DNA from: Tubulanus polymorphus
Taxonomy: Eukaryota; Animalia; Nemertea
DNA: 64,000 bases
Assembly (NCBI RefSeq): GCF_964204645.1
Contig: NC_134033.1
Coordinates: 14,826,655 to 14,890,654 of the forward strand
Reading direction: 5' to 3'
Shown: piece after piece, positions 12,301 to 25,323 of the stretch
How positions within the stretch are numbered: the stretch's first letter is position 1
Layout: each line of letters begins with the position of its first letter
Made by a program: the position numbers and the translations under genes
Notes under the pieces: generated by a model
What the model was told of the DNA's origin: nothing
What the model saw: the letters and a program-made list of their open reading frames with translations, nothing else
Databases searched by the model: none

Positions 12301-12808
12301 ATCACTGAGGCAAATTTCACGGAACAACTATAAATGGGAAAACCCGAGCTAAAATAAAACGGGATATCTGATTGGCTAATAATGACATCATCTGCGCGCC
12401 CGGTCTAGTGTGGCAGGGTTTCGTACCGTAACAATCTCGATGCCATCAGGTTCGAATCCCGCTGGAGGAGGATGTGACGTTTACAGCTATCTACCTGCGC
12501 AAAATCTCCATCGTTTATCGACATTATAATTAGAAGTTGTAGAACACCACGGTTCAGTGGCGTCGGTCACTGTACATTCTGTGTATTGTTTACCCCCGTA
12601 TGTAAACGGGAATACACAAGAGGCTGAAAACAATGAAAAAAATGATGACGATGTTAATTCTATCCATTTCCTAATAATCATTTATTTCAATTGTGAATAA
12701 GATGTTTTCAAACGAACCGATTTCAGTTTGCCCGGCTATATTCTCATCGATCCTTCCACTAGATACTACTTCAACAATCAGCAGTGTTGTTATCACTAGT
12801 CTTTTCAT
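9359..12808 (-). CDS. Secreted protein with four fibronectin type II domains and a C-terminal PAN/apple-like domain; exons 12808-12718, 12623-12495, 12067-11900, 11392-11234, 10625-10458, 10236-10210, 10119-10003, 9552-9359
   Basis: N-terminus MKRLVITTLLIVEVVSS; four phase-1 exons each with CxFPFxY/F..C...WCSxTxxY...WxY/FC; final exons give C...ECTDRCLKVPQCVSFD...CYYY...YYQWRC. Confidence 0.85.
9589..9979. repeat. Intronic minisatellite (about 33-35 bp units, ccagccctcggactgtatcaatctgctgc..., with higher-order repetition)
   Basis: About 11 alternating units inside the last intron of the FN2-PAN gene. Confidence 0.95.
10314..10410. mobile_element. Short palindromic MITE-like hairpin
   Basis: gttttatagactgatattacctttaaccc...gggttgaaggtaatgccagtctgtaaaac is an imperfect inverted repeat. 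Confidence 0.6.
12152..12480. mobile_element. Foldback element whose arms are tRNA-derived SINE-like sequence; related pieces at about 50260-50330 and 50536-50575
   Basis: Left arm atcctcc...gggattcgaacccgatggcatcg and right arm cgatgccatcaggttcgaatccc...ggaggat; inner arms cctgccacactagaccggg / cccggtctagtgtggcagg; B box GGTTCGAATCC. Confidence 0.7.
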
Positions 12809-13499
12809 CTCTGTTATAATCAGAATTTATATGTTGATATTTACTTTTTTTTAAACTTTACCAACTAGCATTTCAAATATGTATAATAAGTCTTAATTCC
12901 CTATTATGATTATGTTAATATTACTTTATGCTGCTTATTTTACTTTACCAAGCAGCATTTCAAGTCTTTTATCCCTTATGGTTATGATTATGTTAATATT
13001 ATTTTATAATAATTTCTGTAGGTTTCGACGATTTCTGAGAAAAAGTCTGAGTATTTTATAATAAACGAACTGCGAAACTTACTTTATTTCGTGTCTTATT
13101 TCCTCGAATCTTCGAAGCAAAGTCCGTCGTAAAATAAACTTATCTACAGTGGTGCCACCTATTTCGATCGCGGATCATTTAACAGTACAGATGGCGCCAG
13201 CGCTGATTCGATCTTAATCTCCGCGTTTTAGTGACGCCTGGACAGACGACAAAAGTCGCCGAGTAACATCTGGTCCGCGGTGTTTTATTGTTTCTATTAT
13301 TAAGAGTTTTTAACGTAAATTGTTGATGAATGAAGAAACAGTTCGAACAATAATTTCCATTGTTTTATCGTTTCCGATTGCGAGATTCTCGTTTCGACAA
13401 AAAAAAAGAATAATCGCGAGGCGGAGAAAAATAATTAATTCATTTTCAAAGTAAAAATTGCGCGGGGTAATTTATGGAAAATGAATAAGTCATAAGATG

Positions 13500-13677
<178 letters not shown>

Positions 13678-13902
13678 AATTTCACATTGTTTAGTTTTGA
13701 ATTTTAATGTATTCTGTACAGCTGCGCGTACGAACACAATGCACTATTTTCGTGAAGTCGTAACTGATAATAACGATGTACCTGCCTAGAAGACAGGTGT
13801 TTTATTTCCCAAATAATATTGTGGTAAACACAAGCCGCAATTTGACATTGTACGTCGTATGGTTTGACGGTCGAAATCTGCTACACTGCTGCACCGGTCA
13901 CG

Positions 13903-15649
13903 ATGGGGTGGCGCCTTCTACGTAAGTGAGATTACCATAGACTTTCTAGAGTCCATCGATATACGTATTTCGTACGTCAGGGTCCGACATCTCTATATCA
14001 CTTTTTGTAAATAACTTCTGGAATAGAATTTTCATTACATAACATTTTTTAGTTGATATTATATTAATTATTAAGCGGGTTTAGAATGAATACCGAGACG
14101 AGTATAGCACTGTATAGGTGTAACTAGTTTATTTGACGCACGAGCTTTCGCTACTAATGTATAGTTGCTTCATATATAGCTGATAATGTATAGCTGATGA
14201 TGAAGCAACAATACATTAGTGGCGAAAGCTCGTGCGTCAAATAAAGTACTCGTCTCGGTATTTATCCATTTTTATGAATTTTCGTACTGTTTTCCGCCGA
14301 CTTCGGCAGATCGCCATCCGGTGTAAAACTTCCTTCGTACCAGTTTGGGTATTTGCGATTTGTAAAATAATCAAATTGAATACGATACAAGATAGACAAG
14401 ATAGACAGTTTCTTCAGAAAACCAAATACACACCGACCTCGGTTATGTTACCGTTGTTGCATGAGTCAAATGATTGTATTTATATATTTCAGTGTTGATG
14501 ACATCCATGTATTTTACTGATTGTTGTAAGAGGATTTCACCTTCTTCCGACAACTACTTTTCAGCATCGAACAACGAATTCGGTTTAAAACTCTATCAGA
14601 AATTGGCGACCAAACGGCAGAATAATGTCATAATCTCGCCGCTGAGTGTCGCTACTGCGCTTTCGATGACGTCACTAGGAGCTAAAGGCGAATCGTTGAA
14701 GCAATTCGAGAAACTGTTGAATCTAACCGACTCGGTACACGATCAATATAACCGAACAATCGACAGTTTGTACGGTGAAAAAGATCTGGTTTTTAAAATG
14801 GCGAACGCGGTTTGGATCGACGATTCGAGCGAAGTGCTCGGTTCGTTTGAGAAGAATATCGCGAAATCGTATTCGTCACAAAGTAACAGATTACAGTTTA
14901 AAAAGGCCGAAAAAGCACGTGAAATAATCAATAAATGGGTGTCTGAAAAAACGGATAACAAAATTCCGGAATTGTTGCCGTCGAATTCCATTTCGGCTGC
15001 TACGAGACTGGTTCTGACGAACGCCGTTTATTTTAAGGGACTTTGGAAAATTAGATTCAACTCAACAGAAAGAATGGAATTCCATTCGCTGAACGGGGAG
15101 AAGAAACAAGTTGAGTTTCTACTGGTAAAATCCGCCTTTAAGGCCGGTTTTAATCCCGCGTACAATGTGCGTGTTTTAGAGTTACCTTACACGAATAACC
15201 TGAGTATGTACATCTTAATGCCTAAGAACGCAAAAGAATTCTCGAAATTCGAACGAGATTTAAACGCGAGCACGTTGAGATATATCCTAGATAACACGCA
15301 AAAACCGACGCAACCATTTCAGGTAGCCATCCCGAAATTCGAAATATCATTCAATTCTAAATTAAACGATAAATTAAAAGAAATGGGACTGACGGACGTA
15401 TTCGATGAAAGTAAATCAGATTTATCGGCGATAGACGGCGCTAGAGGGCTGTACATATCCGGGGTTTATCACCAGGGTTTCATCGGTATCGATAAAGATG
15501 GGACCGAGGCGTCTGCGGCAAGCGGGGTTGTAGCTAATTGGAGATCGATGCCTCCGCAACCGTTCACCGCAAATCAACCATTTATTTTCATAATCCGCGA
15601 CAACTTCAACGCGTTAAATCTCTTCATTGGTAGATACGTGAAACCCTAA
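13903..15649 (+). CDS. Secreted inhibitory serpin, P1-P1' Arg-Ser; exons 13903-13921 and 14493-15649
   Basis: NVIISPLSV, INKWVSEKTDNKI, LTNAVYFKGLW, LELPY, IPKF, hinge GTEASAAS, RCL GVVANWR|SM, FTANQPFIF, LFIGRY; short first exon ATGGGGTGGCGCCTTCTAC|GTAAGT supplies the signal peptide start MGWRLLLLMTS. Confidence 0.93.
14088..14262. mobile_element. Palindromic MITE-like element in serpin intron
   Basis: ataccgagacgagta...tttatttgacgcacgagctttcgctactaatgtat pairs with atacattagtggcgaaagctcgtgcgtcaaataaagtactcgtctcggtat. Confidence 0.7.
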
Positions 15650-15754
15650 ATTTCGATACAGAAAATACAGCAACCAGTTCCATAGCTCTACATAATTTGA
15701 CTTTTGAGTTAAAATAATAAAAATCCACTGATTTTAGATCACTCTCAACTCCCT

Positions 15755-15912
15755 GCTTAGACCGGTCTTAATTTGTAAGATTGACTACAGAACCAAAATG
15801 AGCTTAGACTGGTCTTAAGTTGTTAGATTGGCTATAAAACCAAAATGAGCTTAGACTGGTCTCAAGTTGTTATTGGCTATTGAATTAAGTTGGCCTTAGA
15901 CTGGTTTTAAAT
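15755..15912. repeat. Tandem units of a dispersed small-element family (cttagactggtcttaagttgttagattggctatagaac); other copies near 8030-8070, 39375-39520, 60685-60816
   Basis: Same motif recurs at these sites; the 60685 copy has terminal inverted repeats ccagttgcacagtcgtgactt / aagtcatgactatgcaactgg. Confidence 0.7.
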
Positions 15913-17511
15913 GAAAACCACGACCTTGAAACTGACATTCAGGGTTTAATTCAACTTCACAAAATGTATCTTTCGTTGTTACCGCGGAAAATAAAAACTC
16001 AATAAAGATGAATGGAATCAGTTTATTTTATTTTTTTTCTGGTTAATCGGGATTGGAACGGTGCTGATAACTAGATTGATGCAGGTAGCGACACGATCGC
16101 TGAATGATACCCTTATCTTACAGCATCATTAGCTGCTGCAACTGCTGCTGAGGAGACAGAGATAAAGTTTCCATCACTAGCCGCCCGCAGAGAAAAACTA
16201 TCAAAGTAAATCGTCAAACGGAAATTAATTCTACACGCGCCAAACAGGTAAGCGTTCATTTCAATAAATCATTCTCATTATTGTCAAAATTGTTTTGTGT
16301 TTATTTTATTTTTTTAGTTTATCAAATAAATATTTTTCTGAACGAAAACGTTTAATTCAAAAATGATGATTTTCATCGAATTTCGTAATTACTGAGAATA
16401 GATTCGCCTAATCAAGCGCGATTAATTCCTCAAATTTTTGCTTAGACTCGATTTTAGGATTTCGAACCGTTCGCGCGTGCATGAAAACGAATGGATCAGC
16501 GAATTCAAAATGAGTTGAAAATATCGGAATATTTTTCTCGATCAATTCTGAACTCATCTTAGTTAAACATAAATGTAGATCATGCGCAATTTCACAGGCG
16601 CGACTTAAGTCAAAAGTGCTTTTAAGATCTTCAGTAGTCTCAAGTTTTGAGAACGGATAACCGAGACGGTCTCTAAGCCGTGGCTTAGAAACTAGCCCCT
16701 CGCACACTTGTGACAAAATGGTCTATAATCTTGCGTCTGAATAATTCTCAGATTCATTTGCCAGCTTTTATTTTTTTCCGAGAATCGTCAAGTTAAAGTC
16801 AAATTTAGGTTAGATTCATTTGGGTAAGATAGGGCAGGGTAATAAGTTGGTTTGTAGGTAGTATAAGGCGCGGGTAGGTACTTAGGTATTGGTAGATAGT
16901 TAGTTAGGATAATAGGCGAGAGTTAAGATTAAGTGTAGTGTGTATAATTCACGTGATCAAATAACCGGAAGCAATATTCACAGTGTTATTACTACAATTT
17001 CCCTTGAGTGAAAATGCCGATAATTTATACCTGAAAGAATTAACCAAACGTCGCCTTTCCTTCGTAACGTATGACGTCATGCGTAACGTATTTGAAACGC
17101 CGACGGGGGCAGCGGGTTTCGAGCGGAAACTTTTGAGGGGACGCGCGCGCTTTGACGCCGCGAATTTAATCGCCCGTTAATCCGCGGATTAAATCAATTA
17201 TTTCGAGCATGTTTTTTTTTACGTACGAAGCGTCGCGCGAATTAATCGAACGACTAAGTGAGGGGTAATTTCGGTTGATGAAAGATACGATTTGAACGAC
17301 GGCGGATACAACATAACGGTATAATTGGATCGTAGCCCGGGGCGTGTATTTTAAACTGAGTGTTTGATTACTTCGTTAATTCGTCTCTTCTCGAACTTAC
17401 TGAAATCTTCAATAAAAACTGTCAGTCACTGCGGGGTCGTAACTAACAGCTTACGGGATAAAAATATACACAGCGTGTAGTTCTACCCATCTCCGATCCG
17501 CCGCCGTCGTG

Positions 17512-17612
<101 letters not shown>

Positions 17613-19426
17613 TTTATTTATAGATATTTTGTTCGCTAAATTTTCGCCGCTTTTCTGTCACGTATTTCGGCTGAGCGCGTATCAATAATGAAATGGCTCG
17701 CGCGGACTGAAGTGGAAGATCTTTCCACACTGATCACGTGGTAGCGCCCTCGTAATTTCCGGACGGTTACGTAGTATAGGATCGTGGGTCGCACGACGTC
17801 TGGGGCTCTCCATCGCCTACAGTTAACACGAATAGTACTATACCGTATCGAATCCCACACTGTCAAAAAAACAGTCCGAAAAATGTTTCCTAGAGCCGAT
17901 AGTTTATTCGACGTTCGGGGATACTGTTAAGCCGTAATAAATCATTAGCAGAAGGAAACTTTTCGGACACTTTTTATTCGTACGTATATCGCGGGTAATT
18001 TAGGTTACAAATAAAATGATAGCTTGTTTCTCCCAATCGGCCGGGTCACTTTAGTAAACCGCAATTTAGAATTTGTTATCAGTTCATTTCTATAGCTGCC
18101 GGGTCAGTTATGTTTGGCTTGATCGTGATTATTTTTCTAAGTATTGAATACCAGGGTGGATAGGCGGCCGGCCGGGTCAACTAATTGATTAGAAGCAATT
18201 ATGTATTTTTTTAGCCTTATGTTGTCAACAACACGGGCAAATAGTTTACCAATGGTTATAGTACTTGGCACTGTTAGGGGCTATCGGAAGAGAGGGGGTC
18301 ATCCCTCCAATTGGTCATTCGTCCAAGATTCAACAGTATCAAACATTTGATATCCGACCCTAATTCATGCAGTTCAGTACAGAAATTTAATATAACATTA
18401 TGAGAGCTGATAATCATCTCCCGACCAAAATTTCTAAATTTGTCAAGGCTTCATTCAAAACCAAGTTGTGGCGATATGTTTGCAGTTTTCCTTCGTATCT
18501 ATTTCAATTAGTTTCATCGTATTATTTTTTCTTACTTCAAACTGCAAGTAGATATGATTTTCCGCAACGATGTACGACGACCAATGTATATATGGGTTTA
18601 TATCAAGTAATTTGATTATGTTAATGTATTCTAATTCTATTGATTTTTTGTAAATCCCGTAATCGTCTAGGCGTGGCTAGGATGAAAGGAATCTTATCTA
18701 TCTTATCTGATCTTATCTGTCACTCCTCGGTGGGACTGGAGACTTCAGCGCGATGCTAAACAGAACCGGTCGTTTTTGTGCCTAACTATTTGTAATAGTA
18801 AAGCTATGATAAATGTACCTTACAAAGCCTAAGCTCGCAATAGCGCACGATGTCCACTCTAAAACACGGTACTAATTCGATTATTGATATTCATAGACAA
18901 CACGAGGTTTCCTGTAAAACAGCGCGCAATCAAATTATATTTGGACACACGCGGACTAGTGACGTCACCGGATGAGCGGGCATGTGAACTAATCCTTAGT
19001 TTGATTGAATTCAAACCAGCTGCCGATGGAAAATTGAATAATTAATGTTTCGCGGATTGACAGAAAATAAAGTCACAATAATAACTATGTAATTAGAACT
19101 GCGCGTACAAAAAGTCGGCGTTGAGTCCAGTGGAACGGGGAAGGGTAAGGATGTGAAGAGTGACAGTTCACCGGAAACTGTATACCGGAAACTGTTTACA
19201 TGTGTACAGATCTATAAAATGAACGTTTACTTAGTAATAAATGTCAATTAACTTGAAAGCCTCGTTATTGACATTTAAACGGAAGGTAAATCTCAAAACT
19301 CTGAACGACAACAGAGATAGATGATCGGTTTTCATCTATACCGTTAGTTCTCACCCAGTCGCGTTTACATTAATTGTTTAATTGTTTGATTAGCGGCAGG
19401 TTTTTTGGGTCAGGGTTTTAGCAGCG

Positions 19427-19445
19427 AGAGAGAGAGAGAGAGTGG

Positions 19446-19511
<66 letters not shown>

Positions 19512-19963
19512 GAGAGAGGAGGGAGAGAGGGAGAGGGAGAGGGAGAGGGAGAGGGAGAGGGAGAGGGAGAGGGAGAGGGAGAGGGAGAGGGAGAGGGAGA
19601 GGGAGAGGGAGAGGGAGAGGGAGAGGGAGAGGGAGAGGGAGAGGGAGGAGGGAGAGGGAGAGGGAGAGGGAGAGGGAGAGGGAGAGGGAGAGGGAGAGGG
19701 AGAGGGAGAGGGAGAGGGAGAGGGAGAGGGAGAGGGAGAGGGGAGAGGGAGAGGGAGAGGGAGAGGGAGAGGGAGAGGGAGAGGGAGAGGGAGAGGAGAG
19801 GGAGGGAGGGAGGGGGAGGGGGAGGGGAGGGAGAGGGAGAGGGAGGGGAGAGGAGAGGGAGAGGGAGGGAGAGGGAGAGGGAGAGGAGAGGGAGAGGGAG
19901 AGGAGAGGGAGAGGGAGAGGGAGAGGGAGGGAGAGGAGAGGGAGAGGAGAGGGAGAGGGAGAG
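19427..19963. repeat. Polypurine (GA)n/(GGGAGA)n microsatellite
   Basis: About 540 bp almost exclusively G and A. Confidence 0.99.
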
Positions 19964-21199
19964 GGGTGGGTTTAGCGAGAATTGGCACCGTATAGGGTTA
20001 AAACCCGTAAGGTATAATATAACAGACGATGATAACTGCTGTTAACGCGCGCAGCTATAGATTAGTCTGTCTTTTTTACCTCTTACCATCGCTCTTATCA
20101 CTTAGTTCCTGGCCGAGTGATATCTACAGAATTACCCATCGGTAGAATACGTCATGTGCGCTGAGTCGAAATATACCTAACGGGAAATGTTAATTATTTC
20201 CTGACCAAAGATGGCCCCCGTACAACCAGCGATCCCGCCAGGTGGCGTGCAAAACAATAATGTCAACTCGGTTAAAATTCAGGACATTTTTGAATTCAAT
20301 TTCATCTATAGATTTCTAGCCTGAATTGAGATCGATCTTTTAGGTTCCATACATTTTGTCCATTGGCCCTAGTGAATTATCGAAAGATTGTTATGGATTC
20401 TGAGGCATCGTTAGATTAGAGTAGATTACACGTTTATTCATCCTAACAATAATAAATCGTACAGGATATAGCTACAAAATAGCAATTATTTACTAAAAAA
20501 GGATATGTACAAAGCAACATTTTGAATATAACTTTCGGCATAACAGGAAGCTACCATCATCGTCCCTTAAGGTTTCATCATTCAATTATATTTATTCATA
20601 CGGTTTGGTATTAGGGTAAGCCCAAAATTCGTTGTCCGAACGCGCACTGCCGCCACCTGGTGGATCCCCAGCTCGCCGCAAACTGGAACCTCGATCACCG
20701 CAGTCGACTTCGGAGTCCTCGGTGATTCGGCAGTAGGGTGCAGCCACGTACACCGGTATTTAAAAGTACGTTATTACGGTTTGTGATCGCTGAAAACGTG
20801 TAAGTGACATGTACAAAGCCCTCCCTTTATTGTGTTCATATCAGGAATGACACCCACCTACCTGGTCGACTACCGTTCCCAATCAACACCATTCAAACCG
20901 CACATTTTGCTGATTTGAATGATTCAAATTAATTACTTTCAGGCGCTAACGCGTCTCACCGAGATCAGAACATTAACATTAATCATTGTATGAACTAAGG
21001 AGTTATTCATCATTGGAGGGCTAGGGTTAACATTCCCCCGGAACAACCAGCGGAGAATTTAAATTTTATTTCAAATAAATGAGATGGCAATCTCAGTCGC
21101 ACGGCAAGTCGTCACGGCGGATGGCTCCGTTTCGATTCGCGGAGCAGTGGCTATTTACATACAAATATATATCATGCCATTTCTTCAACGGACAGATAG

Positions 21200-21685
21200 A
21201 ATTTTTATAAGTTAGCAAGTTTTAAAATCAAGAATCTATTCAATTGAAAATTGAAAATGACAATACGTTTCGGAATCTTACTAGAGATCAACACTTTTTT
21301 CGATTTTTGATTGAATAAACTCTTGATTTCAAAACTTATCAAATCTATACATATTGGGTTTTATCTTATTATCTGTTCTCCACGTTTGATTGTGATGGCT
21401 TTTCTGCCAAAATTGTTCATCCTGTCGTTCGCTGAATGTGATTATAGTTTGATTACAGTAAAATTCAATTCATATATCATAGAACGATGACCACACTCAA
21501 ACGTGGTGAACGGATAATAAGATAAAATCCCACTATTTACAGATTAAAAGAATTTAAAAACCAGAATTTATTTATTAAATCTAAAATATTTAAAAGACAC
21601 GACGTTTCGATCTCACCCTAGAGATCATCGTCAGGTGTGACACCAATTCTTTTAATCTGTAAATAGTGGGATTTTATCTTCATAT
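21200..21685. mobile_element. Nested inverted fragments of a short non-autonomous element family with hammerhead motif (Penelope-like pLTR derived, inferred)
   Basis: 21357-21405 is inverted to 21481-21531; 21519-21554 is inverted to 21645-21680; 21481-21640 is the reverse complement of 57798-57960. Confidence 0.7.
21597..21638 (-). ncRNA. Minimal type I hammerhead ribozyme motif with intact core
   Basis: Minus strand ACAC CUGACGA U GAUCUC UAGGGU GAGAUC GAAAC GUC GUGU: CUGAnGA and GAAA boxes, 6-bp stem II, 4-bp stem I, GUC triplet, palindromic ACGU replacing stem III. Confidence 0.75.
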
Positions 21686-24179
21686 ATCATCTATTTACCG
21701 GAAAGCCTGTTATAATGTACGAAGTCTCCACGCAAGTAGACATCGGGCGTGGACATCTTATTGTTTACATACAACAGCGTATGAGCTTGATGCACTTGTT
21801 TTCATGTCTATAAACATATACTATTTTGTTAGTATTCTTTTCCTATTTCCATTCACTGGGTTTCATAACCAAATGTGAAGTTTCGCTCTAACGAGTACTA
21901 TAATTAACTTCAGATGCTTCAGTCACGATCATTGTATGATTTTTCCACCGAATAAACAACTGAATTGAAAATTGAATTTAATCGAGTTCAATCTATTCAT
22001 ATACAGTCAACATCCGTTTGGACAGTACCGATGAGAGCAAAGAGATGTCGCTTGAACGAATCCGGCGGAACGAATGCTATTATCGTGAAAAGATTTTTAC
22101 AAAATTGTCTTTTTATTTCGATTAATCCTAATTGGACCGTGTACGTATGAGGCAGAAAATGAAAAATCTATCCTCGAAATCTTTCTCTACCCGAGAGTAA
22201 AAGATTAAAAGCGTTTTTAAGTATATATCATTATTTTTGTCCGCAGAGAAAAAAGTTGCAGCACTTGAAAAAAGATGGCACTGTGAAGAGTCTGCGAAGT
22301 AGTATTTTGAAAGTTCATAGCATTACCATAATTATTATCATTTGTACTCGGAGAAAGGTTGGAGCGCTTGCACTAAAGAAGATGGCGATATAAGGGGCCG
22401 TGGCTGTTATTTAAAAATGCAAACGCGTTTAGGTTATTACATAGTGTCTACAATGCCCGTAGCGGTATCCCGTTCAATTCTATTCTAGGAGTGCCCGTAA
22501 AACAAAATGGCGGCTTTTTCAATCCAGGGAAATAAGGGTATAGAGGGTGAAAAGAGGGCCAGTGGGTCATAAGGTTAGAGTCAGGTTTAGGATTGGTGTT
22601 AGATTAGGTTCTTATTATCATTTTCATTTTACATCGCTGATTGTTTTCGGAGAAAAGTTGGAGCCATTTCATCAAAAAAGACGGCGTTATAACGGGTCTG
22701 TGTGTGTGACTGTTTACACGGTATTGATGGCGATTATTAGCGGACAATACTGTTCGTTGTAGTAATTACTGTATACATCCGTATGAGACATGTACACAGG
22801 TAGAGTCGGACCATGTAACTATTAGCGAGAAGAGATGCGGCGACGAGATGGATAATCCAGCTTATCATCCGCTCGACCGTTTAAACATCAGACAGCAGCA
22901 GTCAGGAGATGATGCTGGGCGGTTACAGCCGCGCTTCATTCAGTATATCAATTTACACTCGATTGATTTCAACATGTAAATTGATAAACGGGTCGCTCGC
23001 GTTAACGCGGATCAATTAATTCTCGCTGAAACGCTTTAAACAGTTTGAAATCGAGCTCGGGTAGTTAGCGTAGAGTGTAGCCGCGGCGAGCGAGGTTATA
23101 GCTCGCAGCTATCTCCGTTTCGCTACCTGATTATTGCTACTTACTGTAGATAAAAAGGCAGAATTAATGACATGACGTATAGAGATTAAACGTTATCTAA
23201 TATGTAACAAGATTCATATACAACACGCGACGTAGGGAGGCGAGGGGGGCTGTATCGTGTAAAATCGTCTGTGCGACAATCAGTTATATCCTGTCAGAAA
23301 ATAGCGTCATCATTTCATCAAAATGACTCAATTTTATATCTCATGAATTCACACAATTTGTGACAAACTTCGCTCGCGGAGGAATTTTCTTGTAATACAT
23401 CAATCAGTTATTGTTATTCCCGTCTCCGTCTGTGTCTGTCGGTATAGTTAGTGTTTATATCGCGCGCGCGTGGAAAAAAACGAAGAACTTTCCAAGGCTT
23501 TCTCCGCTAAACACGATCGATCGTTTCGACGAGTTGAGGAGATTATAAACGTAGGAGAAGTAGAGGTGGATCGTAGTGGAATGAAAATACGAGTGGTTTT
23601 AATTAAAAGTTTGATGTAGTCTTCAATGAAAGCCGCCTTCGTCGTGTTCATAGTAAAGATTCATTCTAGCTGATCCGTGGAGGGGCTTGGTTTTCGATCC
23701 TTGTTCTGGGTACTACTACACTACCGTCGGGAAGGTTGGAGCTGAATCGGAAATGGCGATTGCCGAACCCGGTCCTCCAGGGAAACCAGTTCCTCCGAGG
23801 GGAAACTGAAAAATCGTTCCTCTATCAGAGAAAAAAATGCCTGATCCAATCTAAATCAGTCAGCGCTCTCTTCTATATCGGGAATCTTTTTAGTACTTGA
23901 GTCGGCGGTCAGCTTCTTACAGATACAGTCGAATCACGTTCTATCAAACGTCAATCTGTCACGTTAACGCTGTAACGCAAGCGTTACGCTGCCTGACGTT
24001 CTAGTCAGTATCATTATTACCCTCTGTGGGATTTCGGTTCCATCTATCACTAAAGGGTCCCATTCGCCTGAGGCCACTTTAGTATCGGCAGAACGTAGTT
24101 GAGATTTGTAGAGGAATAAGTAACAACAGACTTTACTGCGGCTGGTTTTTATAGCGCCGACGACTCATATTGGTGGAGG

Positions 24180-24440
24180 TCACAGTGGTCTCACTGAAAG
24201 ACGTGGTCTCACTGAAAGTGGTCTCACTGAGAGGTCACACTCAAAGAGGTCACACTGGTTTTTCTGAAAGTAGCCTCACTGAGACAGGTCAAACTGAGAG
24301 AGTTCACATAGGGAGTTCACATTGAAAAAGGTCACACTAGTGTTCTCACTGAGAGACCATTGAGAGGTCACACTGACAGAGGTCACGTGGGGAGGTCACA
24401 ATGAGAGAGGCTACATTGAAAATGGTCTCACTGAGACAGA
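24180..24440. repeat. Degenerate minisatellite (ggtctcactgaga-like units)
   Basis: Repeated ggtc(t/a)cactga(g/a)a units. Confidence 0.85.
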
Positions 24441-25323
24441 TATTATATCATTGTAGGAGTTGGGACAGGCCACATTTTTCAGATCTATTTTCTTTAAGGT
24501 TTTGTCTCCGATTCTTTGATGTTCATTTCGTTCTGATTGAACATTGTAACATAAAGATAATTAGAGAACTTAAAGAGACATGTCACGTGACCACACGCTT
24601 ACGTATACGCAGACGACACAGCTACTTCATCTTGTATGTGTTTTCTTCGTGTAGAATTTTGTAACCGACATAAGCAGGGGAGCAACTAGGAGGATCTCGT
24701 ATCTCGCTAGTCTGTCTCAGTTGCTGCGAATCGGAGCGCAGTCGACATAAGCTGGGCTGCGATCACGGTAGCTCTCAGTAGCGTCGGTAGGAGTCGGTAG
24801 GCGTCGCTCGTCGAGCCAGCCTTCAGAGTAACATGGGGGCCACTGAAATGGCATCCGTTCGTCAAAATTGATCATAAATCAGCCGTAGACGTCCAACACC
24901 TACCGATCGTTAAATTGCGAACATCGTCTCGAGGATTGTTCTCTCACCCGATGATTAAAGACCACTATGGGTAGTCTATATCATTCTGTTAGAGCAACCT
25001 AGCTCAAGTTTGAGTTCAAATCTGCATATGACAGGCTCTATAGGCAAGAAAAAACAAACAATGAAAAGTTCAATTTCTAAGCATTATGATAAAAAAGAGA
25101 GGATAAAAGGAGCTTGTTGTGTGTGGGTCAAGCAGAGCCTTTATGAGGCTGCTGTCGCGAGCGCTAGTAATAATTGGATGGAAAAATGAAGCAACGAAGG
25201 GAAAAGAAATGAGAATTGATAAATTTCGTAAGTTTAAGGAGAGTTTGTATAAGCTTGAAAGTTGAATAAATGCTTTATATTCGAATATAATTTACAGTGT
25301 ACAACAGCATAATAATACAAAAT

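Noticed and set aside
14474-14492. ORF-track start of the serpin (and starts at 27793, 52097, 43812)
   Set aside because: These lie in introns upstream of clear splice acceptors; better starts are given in the features.
16050-16070. REST/NRSE-like site (ggaacggtgctga) upstream of the neuropeptide region
   Set aside because: Only a half-site match and REST regulation is not established for this kind of animal.
19405-19995. RE/GE/RG-rich and LS/PS-rich ORFs
   Set aside because: Artefacts of the GA-rich microsatellite.
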